From Gammaproteobacteria bacterium (GTDB lineage: Bacteria; Pseudomonadota; Gammaproteobacteria; Eutrophobiales; Eutrophobiaceae): a stretch of 64,000 nucleotides of DNA. This document shows, piece by piece, positions 10,719 to 20,798 of the stretch; positions within the stretch are counted from its first letter, which is position 1, and the number at the start of each line of letters is the position of its first letter. The position numbers were made by a program, and so were the translations under genes. Location of the stretch: assembly GCA_965222155.1 (NCBI GenBank), contig CBDCTH010000012.1, forward strand, positions 3,232,001-3,296,000, given 5' to 3'. The notes under the pieces were generated by a model that ran no database searches, was not told the DNA's origin, and saw only the letters and a list, made by a program, of their open reading frames with translations.

Positions 10719-12780
10719 ATGAGTTATCGCCTGGGTGTTGACGTAGGCGGCACCTTCACAGACCTGTTACTGATCGATGAACAGAGCGGCGCGACCTTTA
10801 CGGCAAAAGTGCCGTCTACACCGGAAGATTCCTCCATCGGCGTGTTGAACGGGATTGCCCGTATTTGTGACACCAACAACATTGATGCCGGGAAAATAAA
10901 CCGCGTAATGCACGGCACCACCGTGGCGACCAATGCCGTGCTGACCGGTCGGGGCGCCAGGGTCGGTCTGGTCACGACCCGGGGTTACCGGCAGGTATTG
11001 CAGGTTGCCCGTTCATTTTGCCCGGGTGGCCTGGGCGGCTGGGTCAGTTACGTAAAGAAACCATTGCTTGCCCCCCTGGAATTAACCATAGAAGCCGCGG
11101 AACGTATTGACGCCAGGGGCAGGATCATCAGGGAGCTGGATGAGGAGGCCTTAAAACAGGATCTGGAAAGATTACGCGCAAGAGGTGAAGTGGAGTCATT
11201 GACCATCTGTTTCATCAACGCCTATATCAACGATGAAAATGAACGCCGCGCCGAAGCTGTGGCAAGCGAGATTTTCACCGGAATCCCCATCTCCATATCC
11301 AGCAAGGTCGTTCCCGAAATGCAGGAGTACGAGCGTACCGAAACCACGGTTGTCAACGCTTACGTCAGGCCTGAAGTATCGACCTATATCACCAACCTGC
11401 AAGCCGCCCTGATCGAGCAGATGGGCAGCGACGTTATCCTGTCTATCCTGCGTTCCGACGGCGGGCTGGCGTCGGGCCGGGCCTCGGCGCAATCACCGGT
11501 GAACATGCTGATGTCCGGCCCGGCCGGTGGGGTGACGGGCGCCCTGTATTTTTGCAGCCGGGCAGGATACGACAACATACTGACTTTCGATATGGGCGGC
11601 ACGTCAACAGACGTAGCCTTGATCCAGAACGGCAAAGCCCGGGTAAGGCGGGAAACCATCGTCGGCGACGTGCGCGTCAGGGCGCCGTCAGTCGACGTAC
11701 GTAGCGTCGGCGCCGGCGGCGGGTCAATCGCTTTTGTCCCGGAACTGACCCGGGCGCTACGGGTCGGCCCGCAATCCGCCGGGGCCGTTCCGGGTCCCGC
11801 GGCGTATATGAAAGGAGGAGAAGAACCCACGGTCTGCGACGCCAACGTGGTGCTGGGTTATCTTCCCGCAGATGTGCAACTGGGCGGCGCCATGGCGATT
11901 AACAAATCTGCCGCGCAGGCCGCAGTACAAAAGCTGGCGGACGCCATGGATATCAGCCTGATGGAGGCAGCCGAAGGGATCATAAAAATAGTGAATGAAT
12001 CCATGTTCGGGGCGTTGCGTCTGGTGTCCGTCGAACAGGGTTACGACCCCAGGGATTTCTCACTGGTCGGTTTCGGCGGCGCCGGTCCATTACATGCCAA
12101 TGCCCTGGGTATCCTGACCGGCTCCTGGCCCGTCATTATCCCGCCCGGTCCCGGTGTCCTGTGCGCCTATGGCGATGCGACCACACAGGTCCAGGATGAG
12201 GCGGCGCGCACCTATATCACCATGGCGGAGGACACCAACACGAAGAATCTTCTCACAGACCTCAAATCCCTGCGACAACGGGCTTCCGAGTCCCTGATCG
12301 CCGATGGGGTCTCGGAGCAGGAGCTGGAAGCGGTCTACCAGGCAGACCTGCGTTACACCGGACAGGCTTACCAGATCACCCTCGATTTCACTGAAGAAGA
12401 ACTGGCAGGCGGCGGCATTCTCAGCCTGACCGGACGCTTTGATGCCGAACACAAACACCTGTTCACTTTTGACCTGGGTGAAGGCCATGAGATCGTAATG
12501 ATTAGAGCCATAGTCAGGGTTAAATCCAGCCATGGCCGAACTGGAGACCAGCAAAACGGAGACCCGGCTGGAAGACTGCAAGGTGCATGACAGCCGCTAT
12601 TATTACGAAGGCACGTGGCATGACGCAGTCATCTATGCGCGGGATAAACTGCATGAAGGATTAATCGTTCCGGGTCCGGCCGTGATTTCCGAGATGGACT
12701 CCACAACTTTGGTGCTGCCCGGCTACCAGGCGGGAGTGGATGCCCTGGGGAACCTGATAATCAACCCTGTGGCCGGCTAA
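10719..12780 (+). pseudogene. Hydantoinase/oxoprolinase subunit A (ATP-dependent lactamase alpha), frameshift near 12530
   Basis: GVDVGGTFTD, HGTTVATNA, SGPAGG, DMGGTSTD, FGGAGPLH. C-terminal GPAVISEMDSTT continues in another frame (12532-12780). Confidence 0.88.
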
Positions 12781-12798
12781 CTGAGCGGGATAGAGTCT

Positions 12799-14658
12799 AT
12801 GACTGGAAGAATCATCGAGCATAACAGTACGCCCTTGCAACGCGTCCCGGTCGATACGGTGACTGTGGACATTATTGAAAACGCGTTACGCAACGTGCGC
12901 GTTGAAATGGACGCGGTGCTGTTCCGCACCGCCATGTCTCCCGGCATCCGCGAGCAGGGTGATTGCTTTCCCATGGTGGCGAACCGCGACGGCAAAATGG
13001 TAGTCGGTCAATTCGGATCATTTATCCACGGACTGATGGCAGCCTATGAGGGAGAGATCGAAGAAGGCGATATCATACTCACCAACGACCCGTATATGTG
13101 CGGCGCCGCGGTATCCCATTTGCCTGACTGGATAGTATTGGTGCCCATATTCAAGGAGCGGAGGCATATCGCCTGGTCCGCCATGTTCGGTCACATGTCG
13201 GATAACGGCGGGATGACACCGGGGAGTATCCCGGTACAGGCAACCACCATATTTCAGGAGGGCATCCGCATTCCCCCTACCAGGTTGTATAAAAAAGGTG
13301 AGTTGCAATCCGATATTCTCGAACTGATATTGCACAACGTGCGCACGCCGCAATGGAACCGGTTTGACCTGAATGCCCTGGTCGCCGCCTGTAATACCGC
13401 GGCCCGGCGTTGCAACGAACTGGCCGAACGCTTTGGCGATGACGTATTTTACTCCACTATGGAACTGATGCTGGAGCGCAACCATGCCGCCATGAAGCAG
13501 ATCATCGAAATGATCGTGCCGGAAGAGCCGCGTACGTTCGAAGACTATGTTTGTGATGACGGGGTGGGCAGCGGGCCTTACAAAATCAAGTGCAGCCTGT
13601 GGCGCGAAGGTTCCCGGGCCGTATTCGATTTTGCCGGTACCGACCCGCAGGCGAAAAGCTCGATTAATTTCTTCCTGAGCGAGGATATGTTCAGGATGTT
13701 TTTCGGCGCGTTCACCATCAACCTGTTCGACCCGCAGATCCTTTTCAATGACGGGTTTTACGACCTGGTCGAGGTGCGTATCCCCCCGGGTTCGTTGCTG
13801 AAACCGACATACCCTGCGGCCCTGTCCGGCCGCACCCATGCTTTGGGACGGATTTTCGACGTGATGGGGGGATTACTGGGACAGGGTGTACCGGAAGCCC
13901 TGAACGCGGCAGGTTTTTCCGACAGTCCCCACCTGTTTTATTCCGGCTACGACGATAACGGTGAATGGTTCCAGTTATTCCAGATAGGATTCGGCGGCAT
14001 CCCCGGCAGACCTGCCGGTGATGGCCCTGACGGCCATTCCCTGTGGCCAGGTTTTACCAACGTGCCGAATGAGTTTATCGAGGCCTATTTCCCCTTGTGC
14101 ATTGAAAAGTATGAGCCGATAGCCGATTCAGGCGGCGCTGGCCTGCACCGCGGCGGCAATGGCCTGAGCGTGGCCTACCGGTTTCTGTGTGACGGTACTA
14201 TCGCCATACACGATGAACGCTGGCTGACCTATCCCTGGGGTGTCAACGGCGGGGAACCGGGACAACGCTCCAGCAAACTCCTGGTGCGGGTGGATGGCAG
14301 CGAACAATGGTTGCCATCCAAATGCGAAGGGATTGAGGTGAAAGTCGGCGACATATTGTATTTCAACACCTGGGGCGGCGGAGGCTGGGGTGATCCCTAC
14401 CGGCGCGACCCTGAAGTCGTCCGGCTTGACGTGGAAAGAGGGATGGTCAGCACCACGGGAGCAAGACGTTACGGCGTGGTATTGAAAGATGACGGCAGTG
14501 TCGATGAACAAGCCACCAGCGTCTTGCGCGCACAGCTTATTGCACAACGGGGCGAACCAGGCATGTTCAATTTCGGCGGAACCATCGAAGAGATAAAAGC
14601 CAGAGCTCTGGAAGAAACCCACCTGCCGCCGCCTGTAACCCCGGTCCCCGACAATTAA
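12799..14658 (+). CDS. Hydantoinase B/oxoprolinase subunit (ATP-dependent lactamase beta)
   Basis: NDPY..SHLPD, H.SDNGG, FQEG.RIPP, DSGGAG.HRGG.G, GGGGWGDP. Confidence 0.92.
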   Translation: MTGRIIEHNSTPLQRVPVDTVTVDIIENALRNVRVEMDAVLFRTAMSPGIREQGDCFPMVANRDGKMVVGQFGSFIHGLMAAYEGEIEEGDIILTNDPYMCGAAVSHLPDWIVLVPIFKERRHIAWSAMFGHMSDNGGMTPGSIPVQATTIFQEGIRIPPTRLYKKGELQSDILELILHNVRTPQWNRFDLNALVAACNTAARRCNELAERFGDDVFYSTMELMLERNHAAMKQIIEMIVPEEPRTFEDYVCDDGVGSGPYKIKCSLWREGSRAVFDFAGTDPQAKSSINFFLSEDMFRMFFGAFTINLFDPQILFNDGFYDLVEVRIPPGSLLKPTYPAALSGRTHALGRIFDVMGGLLGQGVPEALNAAGFSDSPHLFYSGYDDNGEWFQLFQIGFGGIPGRPAGDGPDGHSLWPGFTNVPNEFIEAYFPLCIEKYEPIADSGGAGLHRGGNGLSVAYRFLCDGTIAIHDERWLTYPWGVNGGEPGQRSSKLLVRVDGSEQWLPSKCEGIEVKVGDILYFNTWGGGGWGDPYRRDPEVVRLDVERGMVSTTGARRYGVVLKDDGSVDEQATSVLRAQLIAQRGEPGMFNFGGTIEEIKARALEETHLPPPVTPVPDN

Positions 14659-14693
14659 GTGAAATCCAGGGCGGGAATCCACCCGCAAGCTCA

Positions 14694-15951
14694 ATGAAGA
14701 GGAATACCCGGTATGCACTGGCACTGCTGTTTATGGTGTCGTTCTTCAACTACATGGACCGTTATATGCTGGCCGTGCTGCTACCGGCGATTAAGACAGA
14801 CCTTCAGTTGAGCGATACGGAAATCGGCTTCATCACCGGATTGGCGTTTACCTTGTTCTACGCAACCATGGGTATTCCCATAGCAAGGTTGGCTGATCGT
14901 TACAGCCGTAAAAATATTATTGCCATCGCTCTGTCGGTCTGGAGCGTCATGACCGCGCTATGCGGCCTGGCGCAGAATTTCGTACAACTGGCCGTTGCCA
15001 GGATCATGGTCGGCGTGGGAGAAGCAGGCGCCAGCCCCCCGTCGCATTCCCTGATTGCCGATTTGTTTCCCGTCGAAAAACGCGCCAGGGCGCTTTCCAT
15101 TTATACCCTGGGCGCGCCGGCCGGTGGGCATATTAGTCGGGTTTTTACTGGGAGGCTGGATCACCCAGCTCTACGGCTGGCGCGCCGCGCTGTTTACGGT
15201 CGGCATACCGGGCATTCTGCTGGCGCTGCTGGTTTATCGCAAACTGGATGAGCCGGAGAGAGGCGCGGTAGACGGTCTGTCACGGAAAACGGAAGTGCAG
15301 CCTTTCTGGTTTTCATTAAGAACCCTGATGGCGAGCCCGACTTTCCGTCACCTGTCGTTTGCAACCGGTTTGTACACGGTGCTCTGGCTGGGTGTCGTAC
15401 AATGGTTGCCGTCTTTTTTCACCCGGTCATTCGGACTTGGGATCGGTGAGGTCGGTACCTGGCTGGCGATTATCCTGAGCTCGTCCCAGCTCATCGGCAT
15501 GTTGACCGGCGGCTATCTCGCCGACCGGTTGGGCGCAAGTGATTTGCGCTGGTACGTATGGGTTCCCTCTCTTGCCATACTCGTATCCACTCCCATGTTT
15601 GCCTTGACCTTTCTCACGCAAAATCCGACGCTGTCTTTTCTGTCATTATTCCTGCCTTTCATGATCGGGGTCATGCAGGGCCCGCCGAGCTTTGCCGTAG
15701 CCCAGGGCCTGGCCGACGTGAGAATGCGCGCCATGGCGGCCGCGTTATTGTTACTGATCACCAACCTCGTAGGCGGCGGCATCGGCCCCCAGGCGGTGGG
15801 AATAATGAGTGATTACCTGGCTGCTCAATATAACGAGGATTCCCTGCGCTACTCACTGCTCGCAATCAGCCTGGTTTTCGGCCTGTGGTCGTCCCTGCAC
15901 TATTTCCTGGCAGGGAAAACCATACGCCGGGAGTTTAACAGGCCGGAATAG
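14694..15951 (+). pseudogene. MFS transporter (spinster-like), frameshifted by a 4-bp CCGG duplication at 15117-15124
   Basis: NYMDR, ARLADRYSR, GVGEAG motifs. Removing one CCGG joins the two ORFs (GAP-VGILVG). Confidence 0.87.
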
Positions 15952-16134
15952 CGAAAACCGTTTAATTCACCTTCTTTTTTTACTACAATGCCAGCCCTGA
16001 TGAATACTAGCCCGCATTTCTCACCAGTTCGCTTGTGGTCATCGGCTATTTGTTTGCTGTCAATACGTTATGATAACCTGCTCACTATATCGACACAACA
16101 GACTGCGCTTGATGCGCCCTCGCTTGTCTTTTTG

Positions 16135-16206
16135 ATGCGCTCCATCCCTGGAGCGCCCCCTTCGGGCACTCTTCGAGTGTCCAAATCCATTCCAGATGGA
16201 TTTGTG
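16135..16206 (+). repeat. 72-bp four-hairpin element (family D, copy 1)
   Basis: Absent at the same position in MITE copy 2 (TTTTTG^CCGCC); ends in a duplicated TG. Confidence 0.85.
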
Positions 16207-16226
16207 CCGCCAGCGGGCACGTGTTC

Positions 16227-16298
16227 ATTGCGCCCATCCCTGGGCGCAACCCTGCGGGCGGCTGTCGCCGTGCAAATTGTCTGTCCTGACAATTTGTC
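16227..16298 (+). repeat. 72-bp four-hairpin element (family D, copy 2)
   Basis: Absent in MITE copy 2 (GCTC^CCTCAA); near-identical to 24571-24642; ends in a duplicated TC. Confidence 0.88.
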
Positions 16299-16349
16299 CC
16301 TCAACCAGAGCTACGGCTATGCTTTCGGTCGCAGGCACCCGCTGGCGGT

Positions 16350-16421
16350 CACAAATCTGCCAGGAGCAGATTTGGACGCCCGCAGGGCGCCCGTAGGGGG
16401 TGCGCCAGGGAAGGCGCACAT
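16350..16421 (-). repeat. 72-bp four-hairpin element (family D, copy 3)
   Basis: Same architecture on the minus strand; shared with MITE copy 2 (51052-51123). Confidence 0.8.
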
Positions 16422-16459
16422 CAAAAATCCTGCGCGATCATCGCATCACCTGGTGAGAA

Positions 16460-18352
16460 ATGCGGGCTAGTGAACAGGAATACGGCGTAATTATCGTCGG
16501 CGGGGGCCATGCCGGGACCGAGGCGGCCCTGGCCTGCTCGCGCATGGGTGTGCGTACCCTGCTGTTGACCCACAGTATCGATACCCTGGGGCAGATGTCG
16601 TGCAACCCGGCCATCGGCGGCATCGGTAAAGGCCACCTGGTGAAGGAGATAGACGCCCTGGGCGGGGTCATGGCCCAGGCGGCGGACCGCAGCGGGATAC
16701 AGTTCCGTATCCTCAATGCCCGCAAGGGTCCTGCGGTACGGGCCACCCGGGCGCAGATTGATCGCAGCTTGTACAAAGGGGTCATCCGGCCCCTGCTGGA
16801 GCGGGCGGAAGACCTGCATTTGTTCCAGCAGGCTGTTGATGACCTGGTTATCGAAGGCGACCGTATCAAGGGCGTAGTGACGCAGACGGGTCTGCGTTTT
16901 CACGCTGCCTGCGTGGTGTTGACGGCGGGCACGTTCCTGGCCGGCAGGATCCACGTGGGCGAAACTGGTTACCAGGGCGGACGGGCGGGTGAGCCGCCGG
17001 CGAATACCCTGGCGGCGCGTTTGCGGGACCTGCCGTTCCGGACTGGACGGTTGAAGACCGGTACGCCGCCACGTCTCGACGGCAGGACCATCGATTACGA
17101 TCAACTCAGCGAGCAACCGGGCGACATCCCTACGCCGGTTTTTTCATTCATGGGAACGACTGGGCAGCACCCGCGGCAGGTCCCATGCCATATCACCCAT
17201 ACCAACGAGCGTACCCATGACATCATTCGCGCCGGGCTGGATCGCTCGCCCATGTATAACGGCGCGATTGAAAGTGTCGGCCCGCGGTATTGCCCCTCGG
17301 TAGAGGATAAGGTCGTCCGCTTTGCCGACAAAACCTCTCACCAGATCTTTATCGAACCGGAAGGACTGAGCAGCGCGGAAGTTTATCCGAACGGCATATC
17401 CACCAGCCTGCCTTTTGACGTGCAACTCGACCTGGTGCGGTCGATCAAGGGGTTTGAGCGGGTACATATCACGCGTCCCGGCTACGCTATCGAATATGAT
17501 TATTTCGATCCCCGCGACCTGCATCCGTGGCTGGAATCCAAGTTCATCTCCGGCTTGTTTTTTGCCGGGCAGGTAAACGGCACGACCGGCTATGAAGAGG
17601 CGGCTTGCCAGGGACTGTTAGCCGGTATCAACGCGGCCTTGCGGATCAGGCAGCGTGAGTCCTGGAGTCCACGTCGGGACCAGGGCTATATCGGTGTGCT
17701 GATCGATGACCTGACCACCCGTGGCGTCACCGAGCCATATCGCATGTTCACCAGCCGGGCGGAATACCGCCTGTTGCTGAGAGAGGACAACGCCGACCTG
17801 CGCCTGACCGGGGTCGGTCGTGAACTCGGCCTGATTGATGAACGGAGGTGGCGCAGTTTCCAGGAAAAGAGCGAGGCTATTACGGCAGAACAGCAACGCC
17901 TGGCCTCCATCTGGATAGCCGCGGATACCCTGCCCGGTGAGGTTGCCGCGCAGGTGTTCGGACAGTCATTGCACAAGGATGTCAATTTGTTGCAGTTACT
18001 GCGCCGTCCCGGCGTCGGTTACGCAGACCTGGCCGGACTCCCCGATTTCGAGCCTGCCGAAATCCCACTGCAGGTGGCAGAGCAAATTGAGGTGCAGGCC
18101 AAGTACCACGGTTATATCGAACGCCAGGAACAGGATATTGCCCGCAACAAACGTGATGAAAATACCCGGTTTCCCGATAACGTCAATTTTCTGTCTGTAT
18201 CCGGCTTGTCAACTGAAGTGGCGCAAAAGCTGTCAGCGCAACGACCGGATACTCTGGGCCAGGCGTCCCGCATCCCGGGGGTGACGCCCGCGGCCGTGTC
18301 TTTGTTGCGGGTGTATTTAAAGAAGCATTCACTGTTAAAAAGCGCCTCATAG
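16460..18352 (+). CDS. mnmG: tRNA uridine-5-carboxymethylaminomethyl(34) synthesis enzyme MnmG (GidA)
   Basis: [58 protein letters not shown]. Confidence 0.97.
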   Translation: MRASEQEYGVIIVGGGHAGTEAALACSRMGVRTLLLTHSIDTLGQMSCNPAIGGIGKGHLVKEIDALGGVMAQAADRSGIQFRILNARKGPAVRATRAQIDRSLYKGVIRPLLERAEDLHLFQQAVDDLVIEGDRIKGVVTQTGLRFHAACVVLTAGTFLAGRIHVGETGYQGGRAGEPPANTLAARLRDLPFRTGRLKTGTPPRLDGRTIDYDQLSEQPGDIPTPVFSFMGTTGQHPRQVPCHITHTNERTHDIIRAGLDRSPMYNGAIESVGPRYCPSVEDKVVRFADKTSHQIFIEPEGLSSAEVYPNGISTSLPFDVQLDLVRSIKGFERVHITRPGYAIEYDYFDPRDLHPWLESKFISGLFFAGQVNGTTGYEEAACQGLLAGINAALRIRQRESWSPRRDQGYIGVLIDDLTTRGVTEPYRMFTSRAEYRLLLREDNADLRLTGVGRELGLIDERRWRSFQEKSEAITAEQQRLASIWIAADTLPGEVAAQVFGQSLHKDVNLLQLLRRPGVGYADLAGLPDFEPAEIPLQVAEQIEVQAKYHGYIERQEQDIARNKRDENTRFPDNVNFLSVSGLSTEVAQKLSAQRPDTLGQASRIPGVTPAAVSLLRVYLKKHSLLKSAS

Positions 18353-18353
18353 T

Positions 18354-19028
18354 ATGGGGACGGAATTGAATTCCGTCCCCGTTGCTCCCATTTCCCCATT
18401 GCACGAAGAACAACTTCTACGACACTTGCACCAGGGCCTGACCGACCTCGGCCTTGATCCGCAGGCCTGTCCTTGCGACGCTTATCTTGCATATATCGAC
18501 CTGCTGGCCAAGTGGAACCGGGCCTACAACCTGACGGGGGTGCGCGAGAAGAAGCAGATGATTCATACCCACGTGCTCGACAGTCTTGCAGTGTTACCTT
18601 ATATTCGGGGAAACCGTTGTCTTGATGCCGGGACCGGCGCGGGTTTGCCCGGTTTCATCCTGGCCCTGACCCAGCCGGAGCAGGAATGGACCTTATTGGA
18701 CTCAAATGGTAAGAAAATCCGTTTCTTACACCAACTCCTGTTTGAGTTGAAGACTGAAAACGTCGAGATCGTCCATTCCCGCGCAGAGAAGTTCTTGTCA
18801 TCCGTTGCGTATTCATCCATTATTTCCAGGGCATTCGGTACGCTGGACGTGTTCTACCGGGCCGTGGAGCATTTATCGCATCCGGGCGCCAGACTACTGG
18901 CGATGAAAGGTAAGCTGCCGGAGGAAGAATTGCAGGAAGTTGCCGGGTTTAAGAAATATATCTCAATACAGGCATTGCAGGTTCCCGGTATTGATGCTCA
19001 CAGAAGCCTGGTGATTTTAGAGCGATAA
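18354..19028 (+). CDS. rsmG: 16S rRNA m7G527 methyltransferase RsmG (GidB); start uncertain
   Basis: KWNRAYNLT, H.LDSL, D.GTGAGLPG, SRAF; directly follows mnmG. Confidence 0.95.
   Translation: MGTELNSVPVAPISPLHEEQLLRHLHQGLTDLGLDPQACPCDAYLAYIDLLAKWNRAYNLTGVREKKQMIHTHVLDSLAVLPYIRGNRCLDAGTGAGLPGFILALTQPEQEWTLLDSNGKKIRFLHQLLFELKTENVEIVHSRAEKFLSSVAYSSIISRAFGTLDVFYRAVEHLSHPGARLLAMKGKLPEEELQEVAGFKKYISIQALQVPGIDAHRSLVILER
18356..18380. repeat. Family A palindrome at the mnmG/rsmG junction
   Basis: GGGGACGGAATT-G-AATTCCGTCCCC. Confidence 0.8.
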
Positions 19029-19082
19029 AAAACAGGATTCAAACTGCGTGAACCTGTGCCGGAATGACGAGACATTGTTGTT

Positions 19083-19877
19083 ATGGGCTTATTCAGCAAA
19101 CAAGATACCAGGATCATGGCGGTCACGAACCAGAAAGGCGGGGTCGGGAAAACGACGACCAGTGTGAACCTGGCCGCATCCCTGGCCTCGGCCAAACGCA
19201 AGGTATTGCTTATCGATCTTGACCCCCAGGGAAATGCCACCATGGGTAGCGGCATCGATAAATCCAGAGTGGAGTATACCGGATATGACGTTCTGGCAGG
19301 AGAGATGAAATTTGCGGAAGTACTGGTGCAGGCGCCGCTATCAGGCTACGACCTGGTGCCGGGCAACTCCGACCTGACCGCCGCTGAAGTGGCCTTGCTG
19401 AAGAAAAAAGCACGGGGAGACCGATTGCGCAATACGATTGCGCCGGTACGCTCCCGCTACCAGTTTATTATTATTGACTGCCCGCCTTCATTGAACATGT
19501 TGACGGTGAATGCATTGGTTGCCGCCGATACCGTTATCATTCCCATACAATGCGAGTATTACGCCCTGGAAGGTTTAACGGCCCTGTTGGAGACGATAGA
19601 AAAAATTCGCAAGTATTATAACCCGCATCTCAAAATCGGCGGGCTGTTGCGCACCATGTATGATGCACGTAACAAACTGTCCTCCCAGGTGTCGGAACAA
19701 TTGCTGAAACACTTTGGCGACAAGGTATACAAGACGATCATCCCGCGCAACGTACGCCTGGCGGAGGCCCCAAGTCATGGCCTCCCTATTATAAAATATG
19801 ACAGGACCTCCCGCGGCGCGATAGCCTATCTGAGCCTGGCCAGTGAAATGCTAAGCCGGGAGGAAAAAGCAGCTTGA
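19083..19877 (+). CDS. parA: Chromosome partitioning ATPase ParA/Soj
   Basis: NQKGGVGKTTT, DLDPQGNAT, DCPPSL, IPRNVRLAEAPSHG. Confidence 0.96.
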   Translation: MGLFSKQDTRIMAVTNQKGGVGKTTTSVNLAASLASAKRKVLLIDLDPQGNATMGSGIDKSRVEYTGYDVLAGEMKFAEVLVQAPLSGYDLVPGNSDLTAAEVALLKKKARGDRLRNTIAPVRSRYQFIIIDCPPSLNMLTVNALVAADTVIIPIQCEYYALEGLTALLETIEKIRKYYNPHLKIGGLLRTMYDARNKLSSQVSEQLLKHFGDKVYKTIIPRNVRLAEAPSHGLPIIKYDRTSRGAIAYLSLASEMLSREEKAA

Positions 19878-19893
19878 ACACAGGGTCAAACGA

Positions 19894-20769
19894 ATGAACA
19901 CACGAAAAAGAGGTTTGGGTAGAGGGTTGGACGCATTATTGGGTTCCGTTCCCGCGGCCGGCATAACCGATACGGATAAGGTGGAGGAACTGCGCACGTT
20001 GCCGGTCGACCTGTTGCAACGGGGCAGCTATCAACCGCGCATGGACTTTGAAAAGGACGCCATGCAGGAATTGGCGGATTCCATCAAAGCGCAGGGTGTG
20101 CTCCAGCCTGTCATGGTCAGGCCCCTGGCCGATTCAGGAAAATTTGAGATCATTGCCGGCGAACGGCGCTGGCGCGCGGCGCAGCTGGCGGGATTGCATG
20201 AGATCCCCGCGGTGGTTAGAAAGCTGGATGATCAAACGGCAATGTGTATCGCTCTTATAGAGAATATCCAGAGGGAAGACCTGAACCCGTTGGAACATGC
20301 CCGCGGTTTGTCACGCTTGTCGGAGGAGTTCGACATGACCCATGACGACATTGCCGAGTCGGTTGGCCGCTCGCGCTCGGCGGTGACAAATATGTTGCGC
20401 CTGCTGGAGTTAAGTGATGAGGTGAAACATTTACTGGAAAGCCGGCAACTGGAGATGGGTCACGCCCGGGCCTTGTTGACCCTGACTGAGCAACAACAGA
20501 AATGGGCAGCCCGGCAAATCATCAAATCGGGCTTATCGGTACGCAAAGCCGAAGCGCTGGTGCGGCGCCTGCAGAACGTAAAGACCACATTGAAATCCGG
20601 GCAAGACCGCGCTGATCCCAATATAAAACTGCTGGAAACGGAGTTGTCCGAACAACTGGGCACAGCCGTTACCGTACAACAGCAAAAGCAAGGTAAGGGC
20701 ACGCTCCGCATCGCTTACAGCTCACTGGCGCAACTGGATGGCATCCTGGCCAGGATCCGCAGAAGATAG
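19894..20769 (+). CDS. parB: Chromosome partitioning protein ParB
   Basis: RGLGRGLDAL, IIAGERRWRAA, ENIQREDLNP, HTH. Confidence 0.96.
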   Translation: MNTRKRGLGRGLDALLGSVPAAGITDTDKVEELRTLPVDLLQRGSYQPRMDFEKDAMQELADSIKAQGVLQPVMVRPLADSGKFEIIAGERRWRAAQLAGLHEIPAVVRKLDDQTAMCIALIENIQREDLNPLEHARGLSRLSEEFDMTHDDIAESVGRSRSAVTNMLRLLELSDEVKHLLESRQLEMGHARALLTLTEQQQKWAARQIIKSGLSVRKAEALVRRLQNVKTTLKSGQDRADPNIKLLETELSEQLGTAVTVQQQKQGKGTLRIAYSSLAQLDGILARIRRR

Positions 20770-20798
20770 AAATGGGAGACAGGTTCTGAGCCGCATAC

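Larger units (their letters stand above)
16007..16470 (+). mobile_element. MITE (element C, copy 1) with CTAG target duplication, inserted at the 5' end of mnmG
   Basis: CTAGCCCGCATTTCTCACCAG ... CTGGTGAGAAATGCGGGCTAG terminal inverted repeats; second copy at 51003-51347. Confidence 0.9.

Noticed and set aside
16135-16421. tRNA genes or a CRISPR array from the clustered 72-bp hairpin units
   Set aside because: No acceptor stem, T-loop consensus or CCA; the units are non-identical, in mixed orientation and lack regular spacers; no cas genes are present.
15988-16470. 160-aa ORF and other ORFs within the MITEs (also 50974-51298)
   Set aside because: They are translations of repeat DNA with no transposase motifs.
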